Source: a virus
DNA: 64,000 nt
Direction: 5' to 3' (one strand)
Virus record (IMG/VR): IMGVR_UViG_3300043570_004127
Coordinates: 96,001-160,000 of that record
The notes beneath the pieces are model-generated. The model ran no database searches. It had not been told where the DNA came from and saw only the letters and a program-made list of their open reading frames with translations. Shown here piece after piece: positions 26,635-36,048 of the stretch. A program made the translations under genes and the position numbers. The stretch's first letter is position 1, and each line of letters opens with the position of its first letter.

Positions 26635-28521
26635 ATGGCAATTCAATGGGGTGCATACGTTGGCCCTGCGTCAGGCTCAGGATTTAGTACTTCCAACAGG
26701 ATGCGCGTTGGCGTTGAGCTTACCGCTTCAACTCCAGCGTCAGGTCTGGATACAACCAGCACCATAACTGCTCAGATGTACACCCAGAACGAATTGTCTG
26801 GTACATCAAACTGGAATGATGCTCAAACACTGTCATCCGTTGCAAGCGTTGCTGGAGCCACATGGGGAGCGGGTGGTGCGGCTTTTACAAACCAGGAGTC
26901 AAACGGAATAACTGCTAGAGGTGTTCTTAAAACCTACACCTATACATACTCAACCTACGGTTCCAGCCCTGGAAATATCTCTTTCCAAGCAACTCTCGGT
27001 GGAGCGTTTAACGGCATCACTCCGACCGTGACTGCAACTCTTGCAATTCCCGCAAGACCTGTTACAACGACTACCACAACTACTACAACTACTACCACAA
27101 CGACCACACCAGCACCGCCGTTTTTCCCGCCAGAATTTACACCGGCAACGACTACAACAACGACTACCACTACGACGACTACGCTCCCTCCGGCTACTGC
27201 TCCAGGCGCACCAACAACAGTTCTCGGAACTGCTGGTAATGCTCAGGTTGCATTGTCTTGGACAGCTCCAGCTTCGAATGGTGGGGCATCGATTACCGAT
27301 TATGTAGTGCAGTATTCTTCTGACTCGGGCTCAACATGGGCAACATTTGCTGACGGTACATCAACTGCAGCGTCCGCCACAGTAACGGGTCTGACGAACG
27401 GAACAAGCTACATATTCCGTGTCGCAGCAGTGAACAGTGTTGGGACTGGAAGTTACTCAACATCATCGTCGGCAGTGACGCCGGTAACTACGCCGGGGGC
27501 ACCAGTAACGATTACCGCAACTCCTGGTAGTGGAGAAGTTGGATTGACATGGCTTGCCCCTGCATCAACAGGTGGGTCAAGCATCACTGATTATTCCGTT
27601 CAATATTCTTCTGACTCGGGTGGAACGTGGAGCTTGTTTTTTGAGGGCGTGTCAACCGCAACATCAGCAACTGTTACAGGCCTGACGAACGGAACGAGTT
27701 ACACATTCCGTGTTGCTGCGACAAACAGTGTTGGGACTGGACCTTACTCATTGTCATCGTCGGCAGTGACGCCTTCTGCTGCAACAACTACGACTACAAC
27801 CACCACTACAACTGCTGCCCCTACGACGACTACAGCTACAACCGCTGCTCCTGGTGTGAGTATCTCCAAGGTTTGGAATGGTTCATCCTGGGTTGCTACA
27901 ACCCCCCAGGTATGGAACGGAACGGCATGGGTGTCAGCAATATCCCGCGCATGGGATGGTATTCAATGGGTGGCTCCAGGGGCTACGACTACGACGGCTG
28001 CTCCAACGACAACTACCACTACCACGACGACGCTTGCTCCAACGACTACAACAACGACTACCACTGCCGCCCCTACGACTACAACAACGACTACCACTGC
28101 CGCTCCTACGACTACGGCTGCGCCTACAACAACTGGAGCCCCTCCATGCTTCGGTTGTACTACTGCCTCGTGGGACGGTGTCACGTATTCATGCGATGGC
28201 ACAATGAGTTACGAGTATTGGACGGCTGGATGTCCTGGATGTACAGGTGAAGGCGGATATAACGGAGCCTACAGAGACGGGAAGTGCGGTTACACGGCAC
28301 CCGTGACCACCGAGGCCACGGCTGCACCAGTTGTTTGCACTCCTTTCGACGGATATTCCTGGACTGGGGGCTATTACTATGGAGCACTCAACGAAGGTGG
28401 AGCGAGCTGTGCAACTTGGTGTAGCTGCAACCCAGTCACCAATGGCTATAGTCAATCTGTATGGAAAATATACGCCAAAGCCGGTTGTGGAAACGCCAAC
28501 CTATTCATAGGCTGTAGTTAA
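26635..28521 (+). CDS. FN3-domain virion protein with mucin-like Thr-rich linkers and a 12-Cys C-terminal domain
   Basis: Two FN3 repeats (W.AP...GG..ITDY.VQYS...VTGLTNGTSY.FRVAA.N.VGTG.YS), Thr runs, a PPFFPP motif and WNG..W repeats. Confidence 0.8.
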   Translation: MAIQWGAYVGPASGSGFSTSNRMRVGVELTASTPASGLDTTSTITAQMYTQNELSGTSNWNDAQTLSSVASVAGATWGAGGAAFTNQESNGITARGVLKTYTYTYSTYGSSPGNISFQATLGGAFNGITPTVTATLAIPARPVTTTTTTTTTTTTTTTPAPPFFPPEFTPATTTTTTTTTTTTLPPATAPGAPTTVLGTAGNAQVALSWTAPASNGGASITDYVVQYSSDSGSTWATFADGTSTAASATVTGLTNGTSYIFRVAAVNSVGTGSYSTSSSAVTPVTTPGAPVTITATPGSGEVGLTWLAPASTGGSSITDYSVQYSSDSGGTWSLFFEGVSTATSATVTGLTNGTSYTFRVAATNSVGTGPYSLSSSAVTPSAATTTTTTTTTTAAPTTTTATTAAPGVSISKVWNGSSWVATTPQVWNGTAWVSAISRAWDGIQWVAPGATTTTAAPTTTTTTTTTLAPTTTTTTTTAAPTTTTTTTTAAPTTTAAPTTTGAPPCFGCTTASWDGVTYSCDGTMSYEYWTAGCPGCTGEGGYNGAYRDGKCGYTAPVTTEATAAPVVCTPFDGYSWTGGYYYGALNEGGASCATWCSCNPVTNGYSQSVWKIYAKAGCGNANLFIGCS

Positions 28522-28557
28522 GCGCAAATTCTATTCCTAGAATAAACAGGAGAATAC

Positions 28558-28794
28558 ATGTCAGACGCACCAAGATTCATCAACCCACGAGAAACACCAG
28601 ACGGATTCGAATGGTTTGCCTTTGTTGTAGATGGCGAAGTGGCTTGGTCGGAGCCTGTACCAATCCAAGAAGAAGCAAAAATTGCTGCACTTTTGTCTGG
28701 TGTGCAAGCGGTACGTCTTGCCGGAGATGAAAGATTCACGGTTATTTCTGGATACGGATACACGGATGGTGTATTCACTCCTCCGACTGTCTAA
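28558..28794 (+). CDS. Small fibre-associated hypothetical protein
   Basis: AGGAG RBS. FAFVVDGEV...G..Y.DG.F.PP. Confidence 0.6.
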   Translation: MSDAPRFINPRETPDGFEWFAFVVDGEVAWSEPVPIQEEAKIAALLSGVQAVRLAGDERFTVISGYGYTDGVFTPPTV

Positions 28795-28824
28795 ATTTTC
28801 CTTATATTGATGTAGGATGCCTTT

Positions 28825-29055
28825 ATGACAAGTCCATGGCAAGAGTATAAAAAAAAGCTCGGCGACACACGTCCGTGGGATTTGGTAAACCCACATATTG
28901 AACACGTTTCCGAGGACGTTTCATCAGCGCGATACGCAATATGTGAAGCGTGTCCAAGTTTGCTAAAACTTACCCACCAGTGCAAAGAATGTGGTTGCTT
29001 CATGAAACTAAAAGTAAAACTACCTGCAGCAGCTTGCCCGCTCGGCAAATGGTAG
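28825..29055 (+). CDS. Small Cys-rich protein (DUF6171-like, CxxC...CxxCGC...CPxxKW)
   Basis: RYAICEACP...QCKECGCFM..K..L..A.CPLGKW. Leaderless -10 TAGGAT. Confidence 0.75.
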   Translation: MTSPWQEYKKKLGDTRPWDLVNPHIEHVSEDVSSARYAICEACPSLLKLTHQCKECGCFMKLKVKLPAAACPLGKW

Positions 29056-30068
29056 TAAAAGAGAATTTAAATAAGTACAAGATAACCGATGCCCAAATAG
29101 ACCCATTCGGTTACTGTAACGCGAAGTGCTGGTTCTGCCCTGTCAGGTATCAAAAGAATCCCCCACATGCAGCAAAGCATATGCCGGTTGATTTATTGGA
29201 CAAGATATTTTCTGAGTTGATAAAAGAAAAAGAAAAACCAAACGGTGTAGTTGAAGCAAACTTTAATCATTTTTATACCGCTCACTACAATGAGATTTTG
29301 CTATACAAGCACTTGGACGAGATGCTGTATTTGGCCAAATGTTATGGGTTAAAAACCATGATACTTTCAAACGGTGTCAATCTCACCGAAGAAAAGGTGG
29401 AGATACTCCAACGACACAAAGACGTTATAAGCGGAATCAATTTAAACATTCCCGCATTTGAGGATGGTTTATGGCAGGAACGTTCAGGAGTCACAAGATA
29501 CGATTTTGACCATGTAAGACAAAACGTATTACGAACAATGGAAGCGTTTCCAGAATACACAGCAAATGGAGCGTTTTCAATAGGTGTAAATATACCCACC
29601 GCGCCGCACATGGAAGAAAATGGCGGACGGATGGAGATGCTCGAGAATGCACCAAAGATAGATTTGGACCCCTTGACAGGAGAATCTCCGACACAAGTCG
29701 CATTGGCTAAATCGCTATTTCCCGGTCTCACTGTTTATCCAGTGGAATCATTAATTGATAGGGCTGCGATACTGGCAGAACATAAAGTGATTGATAATGC
29801 CAAAGCAATTTTGAGGTACAACAAAGGCGATAAAACTAGAGTAGTTGGTTGTTCTAATGGAACAATTGGGCGAATATATGGCTGGCTGCATGTCAACGCC
29901 CTTGGGGAAGCGTTTCTCTGCTGTAACGATTATGACTTTGACTATACTTTTGGCAACATGAACGACAGCACACTCGACGAGATATGGCGTAGCGACGAAC
30001 ATGCCGCAATGATAGAGAGAGCCTTGGGTTCAATATGTGTGTCTTGCGCAAGCGCTATATGGAAATGA
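29049..30068 (+). CDS. Radical SAM protein with a SPASM/Twitch domain
   Basis: CNAKCWFC motif; C-terminal GC...G.AFLCC.D...FGN....L.EIW...CVSC. Start moved to ATG 29049. Confidence 0.9.
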   Translation: MVVKENLNKYKITDAQIDPFGYCNAKCWFCPVRYQKNPPHAAKHMPVDLLDKIFSELIKEKEKPNGVVEANFNHFYTAHYNEILLYKHLDEMLYLAKCYGLKTMILSNGVNLTEEKVEILQRHKDVISGINLNIPAFEDGLWQERSGVTRYDFDHVRQNVLRTMEAFPEYTANGAFSIGVNIPTAPHMEENGGRMEMLENAPKIDLDPLTGESPTQVALAKSLFPGLTVYPVESLIDRAAILAEHKVIDNAKAILRYNKGDKTRVVGCSNGTIGRIYGWLHVNALGEAFLCCNDYDFDYTFGNMNDSTLDEIWRSDEHAAMIERALGSICVSCASAIWK

Positions 30069-30069
30069 T

Positions 30070-30993
30070 ATGGCATCGATATTCATACAAATACCTTCTT
30101 ATAGGGATTTTGAATTAAACAAAACTGTTGCCAGCGCAGTGACCAATGCGAGCGGAGCAAACAAGCTTTCGTTTGGTATTCATAACTGCATTTTGTTTGA
30201 TGGCGAAATAGAAGTTAAAACAGATTACCCAGAATGGGTCACTATTAACTCGGCGACAAGTATTGCACCGCAAAACATAGGCCTACAGCAGGCAAGGTAT
30301 TTAGCAAACGAGTTTTACGACGGAGAAGACTACTACCTTCAAATTGACTCGCACATGCGATTTTTCGAAAATTGGGACGCATCACTCATCAACGATATAC
30401 GCTACTATCAAAACCTGGGCTTGCCTAAGCCACTTATTACTCAGTATCCGCCAGCTTATACATACAACGACGACGGAAAAGAAAACATTCAATTCAATCA
30501 GCCGTTTTATCAATGTGGAATCTGGTTTGGCGAGAAGGTAGAAAATTTTAAGGAAACCCTAATTCCCACACAGCAAGCTCGGGTTCTTTTTGATACTTGT
30601 GGATTTATTAAATCTGTTTCTGGCGGTTTTATATTCACACTCGGAAGTTTTGCAAAAGTTAAACCAAATCCAAAAATTGCCTTTTGGGGAGAGGAACCAC
30701 TGATTGCCGCAAGGGCTTTTACTCATGGATTCGACCTGGTGATGCCCTTCTCTCACAATGTGTCTCATTTATATCACTCTCAACAGACATTTGCCAAAAC
30801 ACGTCGCCACCACATATGGGGTGATTTTTCAGAAATCTGGGGGATGATGGATGCTGAATCCAGAACAGAATACAAGAGAATATTCACCGAACGAATAATT
30901 GGCGAAGGGGCATTAGGGACAGAACGCACCCTAGATGAATACGAGGAGTTTTCTGGTTTAAATTTCAGAGACGGAACCATAACCTCATTATGA
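30070..30993 (+). CDS. Gnt1/GT60-like polypeptide (hydroxyproline/Thr) GlcNAc transferase
   Basis: IFIQIPSYRD, YYLQIDSHMRF..NWD, F.GEE..IAARAFTHG.D, HLY are signature motifs of the Skp1-HyPro GlcNAc-T family. Confidence 0.85.
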   Translation: MASIFIQIPSYRDFELNKTVASAVTNASGANKLSFGIHNCILFDGEIEVKTDYPEWVTINSATSIAPQNIGLQQARYLANEFYDGEDYYLQIDSHMRFFENWDASLINDIRYYQNLGLPKPLITQYPPAYTYNDDGKENIQFNQPFYQCGIWFGEKVENFKETLIPTQQARVLFDTCGFIKSVSGGFIFTLGSFAKVKPNPKIAFWGEEPLIAARAFTHGFDLVMPFSHNVSHLYHSQQTFAKTRRHHIWGDFSEIWGMMDAESRTEYKRIFTERIIGEGALGTERTLDEYEEFSGLNFRDGTITSL

Positions 30994-31568
30994 AGAATCT
31001 CAAAAAGATAAGTGACGATATATATATTGTAAACCTTGTTAGCGGTCGACTTGCTGCGAGGATTATGGATTCCATAAAATTACTCGAAAAGAAAGAGCCA
31101 TGTGGAGGAAGTGAACGAAACCAGTTTACGACACATTCCATAAGTGATTCCGCCTGTGTTGGTGGAATAAGACTTACAACAATTCTGCAATCGATATTCA
31201 AGAGACTAACAAATCAATACTTTCTGAGTACTGGCGTAAGACTAGAAGTTCCATCGTTCCCGAATCAAAGCTGCAATATCAAGAGTCAAGTCAAAGGCCA
31301 ATCACACGGGGTGCATACCGATGGAGGGGACAAGGATTACGGAATTGGCAGGATTCTCCACTCGTCGGTTATATGCCTAAATGATGACTACGAGGGCGGG
31401 AGCACGCAGTTTTACCTAACTGGGACAATGGAAGAACCAAACATTGATATTGACATAAAACTCAAGGCAGGTCAAGCATTAATATTTGACGCGAATCTGA
31501 ACTATCATGGGGTTACCGAAGTCCTATCTGGGACTAGGTTTAGCTTGATTCAATTTTGGAGAGAGTAG
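30990..31568 (+). CDS. 2OG-Fe(II) dioxygenase (prolyl-hydroxylase-like)
   Basis: HTD...LNDDYEGG...HGV...RFS. Confidence 0.85.
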   Translation: MKNLKKISDDIYIVNLVSGRLAARIMDSIKLLEKKEPCGGSERNQFTTHSISDSACVGGIRLTTILQSIFKRLTNQYFLSTGVRLEVPSFPNQSCNIKSQVKGQSHGVHTDGGDKDYGIGRILHSSVICLNDDYEGGSTQFYLTGTMEEPNIDIDIKLKAGQALIFDANLNYHGVTEVLSGTRFSLIQFWRE

Positions 31569-31570
31569 TC

Positions 31571-32641
31571 ATGAATACAGATAGCGATAACAGATTCTAC
31601 GGAACGACACCAGATGTCCGCAATGACGAAACTGTGTCCGAAATCTTTAACATGCAATTTGAAGATTTGGGTGGTGGGGTAATTCGTTTCCCGGCAGCAA
31701 TAGATGTTGACAAAGACATGCTTTTACCGTATATAGATAAAAACTCAAAATCCGCGCACGAACAAAGATGGACGTGGGCCAAGGATGAAGAAGGCAATGA
31801 CTACGCAATAAACGAAGATGGCAACAAGTTTTCTCCAGAACAGGTAAAGATGGTTCCAGTAAGACTGCTTGAAGTAGTTAACTCTGGGACAGAGCCAGAG
31901 ATGATAGAAGTGTTTAGATACTGGGAAGACACTATTTACAAGTGTCTCCTGCGGTACATAGATATATTCCCAATGGTCCTTGGAACAATCTGGTGGAGAA
32001 CCAAGGGTCACGTAATGCGCTATGACGAGGGGGCATTCCTTGGCATACACAACGACAACGACTCAAATTACAGGGCCACAGGTGGCGAGCGATTTGTGCC
32101 GCGTGGACAAATACAGATGCGTCAAGTTGTGGCGGTGATGTTCTACATTAACGATTGTGTTGAAGATGAATCAGAACTAGATGGCACAAACTTCACTGGT
32201 GGGGAATTAGTTTTCCCATATCTCGGAATAAAGAACACTCCAAAAACCGGGGATGTTGTTATCTTCCCTGCAAACTACATTGCAACACATGGAGTTGAGC
32301 CAGTGAAAAAGGGCGTCCGATATGGATACCTTGAATTCTTCAGTCAAGGAAGCAGTCACGATGAAGTTGGAATTAACGTTTCAGAACCAGATAAATGTGA
32401 TGGCTGGTGTAGGCCACACTTCATAGATGCGCTTTATGACGACTACAAGCACTACTGCAAGCAAACCGAATTCATGGGGAATGGTGATTCAGCAAAAGAC
32501 GCAAACGGAATGTTTAAAGCAAATCCGGTTTATCAAAACAGAACGCTTGAAGGTGAAAACGGTCTAAAGAAGGCTTATTCACATTCCCAGGTTGTATACG
32601 ACAATGAGCAGCGCGGCAGGGAACACAGCAGCTTGTACTAA
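31571..32641 (+). CDS. 2OG-Fe(II) dioxygenase (LGGG subfamily)
   Basis: HND...FTGGEL.FP...FPANY..THGV...RY. Start moved to ATG 31571. Confidence 0.85.
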   Translation: MNTDSDNRFYGTTPDVRNDETVSEIFNMQFEDLGGGVIRFPAAIDVDKDMLLPYIDKNSKSAHEQRWTWAKDEEGNDYAINEDGNKFSPEQVKMVPVRLLEVVNSGTEPEMIEVFRYWEDTIYKCLLRYIDIFPMVLGTIWWRTKGHVMRYDEGAFLGIHNDNDSNYRATGGERFVPRGQIQMRQVVAVMFYINDCVEDESELDGTNFTGGELVFPYLGIKNTPKTGDVVIFPANYIATHGVEPVKKGVRYGYLEFFSQGSSHDEVGINVSEPDKCDGWCRPHFIDALYDDYKHYCKQTEFMGNGDSAKDANGMFKANPVYQNRTLEGENGLKKAYSHSQVVYDNEQRGREHSSLY

Positions 32642-33372
32642 GTGTTTTCTACGATACCAACGTGAACATAACCCTGCCCGGAATGCTGAACATCTGCTGC
32701 AAGACTATTTAGCTTGTTTTCTTCCTGAACCTCCATCTTTGCATCCCCTTGGCAGAACCACTGCAGATAAGAATTCCTTACCCCGGATGTGATTGGCTCA
32801 ACTTCATGACAGCCCATAAATGACGACGGATATATCAAAACCGAGCCAACTTTTGGACGTACGGTTATACCCCACGGCCTGAATCTTATATTTCCTCCCT
32901 CGTATTCCTCATTGAGGGCCATTGAACCAGTAAGGGTGTTGTGGAGCGGGAAGGTGTTCAGAACATTCCCTTCCTTGTCGTAAGGTAGGGCACAGTCGCT
33001 ATGCGGTCCAATAGTTTGACCAATTGAGTACGAAGCAATCTGCCCACCTGTTCTCCAGCCAATACACTCAATTGCTACTGGGAACGAGCGACAATATTCA
33101 ATTAGGCATCTATAAATGCCGTCATTAATCAAGGTTGTTATTTCTTTTGTGAATTCGGAGCCGTATGAAAGTCCATTAAACCTGGTTGGCATTTTTAATA
33201 CGTGCTCTTGCGTAACCGCGTAACCGCCATCATTGGTTAATGACTCAACATTCACGCCATGCGTTGCATCTAGATTTTCAGCAAAAATTCTTTCAAGATA
33301 TGCCTCGAAATTGGATGCGTCTACCACATCTTCAAACAGCATTACCCCGTTCCCAAGATGCTTCACAATCAT
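32638..33372 (-). CDS. 2OG-Fe(II) dioxygenase (LGGG subfamily)
   Basis: HSD...LNEEYEGG...HEV...RNS. Confidence 0.85.
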   Translation of the reverse strand: MIVKHLGNGVMLFEDVVDASNFEAYLERIFAENLDATHGVNVESLTNDGGYAVTQEHVLKMPTRFNGLSYGSEFTKEITTLINDGIYRCLIEYCRSFPVAIECIGWRTGGQIASYSIGQTIGPHSDCALPYDKEGNVLNTFPLHNTLTGSMALNEEYEGGNIRFRPWGITVRPKVGSVLIYPSSFMGCHEVEPITSGVRNSYLQWFCQGDAKMEVQEENKLNSLAADVQHSGQGYVHVGIVENT

Positions 33373-34241
33373 GAGTGCATACTTTCAACCAGGCTGTGAC
33401 CAACCGAAGTTTTTCCTGGGTCGACCTTATTTAGGTAATCAGTAAAGTCGGAGCGAAGTGTTGGCATGTACACATTGGTTGCGGTTTTTGCCAACTCAGG
33501 CGACTCCACTGGGTCAACTATGTGCTCGTTAACAGCCTCGTTTGGTGTTCCGTGGGAATACCATCCAAGATACGTGTACCTACTACCGCCGGTAGTCTCC
33601 TTGACTTCATGAGCAGCCATGTAGTTCGACGGGAACATCAATATGTCGCCGGCGGAAGGTTTGTAGTCAATGTCAAGATAATTAAAGTAATGATGCCCGC
33701 CTTCAAAATTATCGTTCAAGTACACAATGCATGAGATTGTGTTTCTCGTGGCCAGCTGGTCGTGTGGGTGAGGGAATCCATAGGCATAGTCGGCACTCGT
33801 GTCGGAGTGCGGCCCAAGAAACTTACCACCATTCTCCACAGAATAAGAAACCAGGTGACCTTTTACTTTCCACCAAACGTTCTTGTATGCCAAGGGGAAA
33901 AGATAGAAGTATTTGAGTAGATATGCGTCTTTTGATTTCTCCACAAACTCCAGAAAATCACTTATGTCCTCATCTGGATTCTGGTGTATTCGTGAACCGC
34001 GGCGAGGCATTTGATTCACTCCGTCGGCATCAAAATAGTACCCACTTCTATTTATGAATGCAGGTTCACCTGTCTCTGGGTCTATTGCCTCTTCGTACAT
34101 TTGAGCGCGTTCTTCCGCGACTTGTTTTTCTGCAAATGCGCTTGCCCAATCGTTGTCGAAAGAGATGGCTCCACTAAAAACAACCACTCCACCGCCGAGG
34201 TGTTTGGGCTCCACATCGTTGAACTTCTGCTCTTGATTCAT
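33369..34241 (-). CDS. 2OG-Fe(II) dioxygenase (LGGG subfamily)
   Basis: HSD...YLNDNFEGG...FPSNY..AHEV...RYT. Confidence 0.85.
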   Translation of the reverse strand: MNQEQKFNDVEPKHLGGGVVVFSGAISFDNDWASAFAEKQVAEERAQMYEEAIDPETGEPAFINRSGYYFDADGVNQMPRRGSRIHQNPDEDISDFLEFVEKSKDAYLLKYFYLFPLAYKNVWWKVKGHLVSYSVENGGKFLGPHSDTSADYAYGFPHPHDQLATRNTISCIVYLNDNFEGGHHYFNYLDIDYKPSAGDILMFPSNYMAAHEVKETTGGSRYTYLGWYSHGTPNEAVNEHIVDPVESPELAKTATNVYMPTLRSDFTDYLNKVDPGKTSVGHSLVESMHS

Positions 34242-34259
34242 ACAGTGTATGATAGCCCA
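34242..34259. promoter_or_regulatory. Bidirectional overlapping -10 elements driving two divergent leaderless genes
   Basis: Plus strand: TATGAT (34248-53), 6 nt, ATG 34260. Minus strand: TATCAT (34254-49), 7 nt, ATG 34241. Confidence 0.6.
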
Positions 34260-34583
34260 ATGAGCGAAAAAAACGAGGCATTCAATAGGTGGACTGAAAT
34301 AATGGTTCAGGAGTTCGCCAAGCTACCTAATATGGTCGAAAAAGATGGCTACAACAATTGGGCAGACAACATACTCCCAGGCCAAATCGAGGACAAGTAT
34401 TACACGGTCGGCCGCACTGGAGCAGAAGCAATGATGGCTTTCTGGGGAGACATTGCCGATGGCAAGATGGCCGACTTGTTAAATGAGTTCAACGTACCAA
34501 ATCCACTTGGGCTAATACACTCATCAAGCACGCTTGCTAAACACCTTTTTGTGACCGAAAAGATGTTCTCAAAAAAAACTTAG
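34260..34583 (+). CDS. Hypothetical protein (107 aa), counter-oriented within the enzyme array
   Basis: ATG 34260 (MSEKNEAFNRW...). Fills the gap exactly; its stop overlaps the stop of the 34580 gene. Confidence 0.65.
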   Translation: MSEKNEAFNRWTEIMVQEFAKLPNMVEKDGYNNWADNILPGQIEDKYYTVGRTGAEAMMAFWGDIADGKMADLLNEFNVPNPLGLIHSSSTLAKHLFVTEKMFSKKT

Positions 34584-35440
34584 TGGTCGTCGGCCCTGCT
34601 TAGATAGTCAACTTTTTCTTGCGGAGCATTCGAAATAGAACCATACTTTTCAATTAAATGGTTTTCATAATCCTTGATTATCGAAGGCAGCCACCATTGA
34701 CCGTTGTTCTGGAACATCGTTTCTTCTGGATGCGCTGGTGAGCATCCGCGCTCATCATCTTGCGAACCCTGAGCAAACCATGTCAGGTAGGAATACCTTA
34801 CCCCTCGTGTTACTTCGTTTATCTGATGAGCACCTATATAGTTTGCCGGCATCAGAACAATCGCGCCGGTTGACGGAGCAATATCTATATCGAAATACGG
34901 GATTGTCATGGTTCCACCAGAGAACGAATACTCAACTGATTCGTCATCGGTGCAGTCGTTGAAATATACAAGCGCTGAAAGAACGTTGCGTGTTGCATGT
35001 TGTTCTTTGGGCTCTCTACCGTAGCGATAGTTCACATCGTTGTCGGCGTGAAATCCAAGACCGCCGCTTTTTGCATACCTCAAAACATGACCAGGGCTCT
35101 TCCACCAGAGACACTGCAGGACAGCGGGAAACATTTCTATATAATGCAAAAGTGCGCCGTATATTGCTTTTTCACATTCTTGGAAAAATGGGATATCCAA
35201 GCTTCCTATCCTTATTGGAGCTTTATCCATGTCCTCTAGGTCGTAGATGAACCCACCCTTATTAATTGCGTGGAGTGGATTGCCGTCTTCATCCTTAATA
35301 ATCGTGTACGAGTTATTGAAAGCTTCATCCTTCTTTTTGTCAAGATACTCAAATGCCTCTTTTTGTGGAATATTGATTGCATTCTTAAAAATTACAGTTC
35401 CGCCGCCAAGGTGTTCTGGATTAAAGTTGAAATTGCTCAT
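34580..35440 (-). CDS. 2OG-Fe(II) dioxygenase (LGGG subfamily)
   Basis: HAD...YFND...GG...PANY.GAHQI...RYS. Confidence 0.85.
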   Translation of the reverse strand: MSNFNFNPEHLGGGTVIFKNAINIPQKEAFEYLDKKKDEAFNNSYTIIKDEDGNPLHAINKGGFIYDLEDMDKAPIRIGSLDIPFFQECEKAIYGALLHYIEMFPAVLQCLWWKSPGHVLRYAKSGGLGFHADNDVNYRYGREPKEQHATRNVLSALVYFNDCTDDESVEYSFSGGTMTIPYFDIDIAPSTGAIVLMPANYIGAHQINEVTRGVRYSYLTWFAQGSQDDERGCSPAHPEETMFQNNGQWWLPSIIKDYENHLIEKYGSISNAPQEKVDYLSRADDH

Positions 35441-36048
35441 AAAAGAGATTGTACAGCCTGGATGATGGTCATATCCATCTCGCTAGTTTCTACTGTTTCT
35501 GCTAGTGGTTTAACGCTAAATCTAAATCTGTACATCTGCCTGCCGTCTTTGCCAACTATAAATTTTTCGTAATAAGCATGTATTTTCTGCACCGCCCCAC
35601 CGGCAAGGTTTTGACCCTGGGCAGCAGACAGACTGGTTCCAGCTTTTGTATCATCAACAAGCCTTTTTGCATACCCTTTCATATGTGAGCATATTGGGTG
35701 TTCGTTATCTCCATTGATTTCCACTTTTTCCGTAATAGGAAAAGTCACAAATGGGTAAACTTCTTTAATAAAGTTAGATATTTCATGGTTATCCAAAGGC
35801 TCCATGTTCCAGAATTGGTTAGTTGGAACTCCTACAACGCTAAAATCATCAAACATTTCATGCAGTTTCTGGAGTTCCCACAGATTTTTGGAAGTTCTCC
35901 CGTATGACCAAATGCGACTACATTTTGGCTCGTACCCCGCTTTTGAACCAAAAGGGAAAAAGAGCGTTACTTTACCCTTAAGGCTAGAAAGTATGTTCTC
36001 ATCCCCATCTATCGATTTGATTGGTATGTCGTAAATTGATTGATTCAT
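35437..36048 (-). CDS. Glutathione-peroxidase-fold protein (divergent active site)
   Basis: SIYDIPIKSIDG..LKGKV, GVPTNQF..EP, FPITEKVEING.NEHP, EKFIVGKDG. Confidence 0.8.
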   Translation of the reverse strand: MNQSIYDIPIKSIDGDENILSSLKGKVTLFFPFGSKAGYEPKCSRIWSYGRTSKNLWELQKLHEMFDDFSVVGVPTNQFWNMEPLDNHEISNFIKEVYPFVTFPITEKVEINGDNEHPICSHMKGYAKRLVDDTKAGTSLSAAQGQNLAGGAVQKIHAYYEKFIVGKDGRQMYRFRFSVKPLAETVETSEMDMTIIQAVQSLL

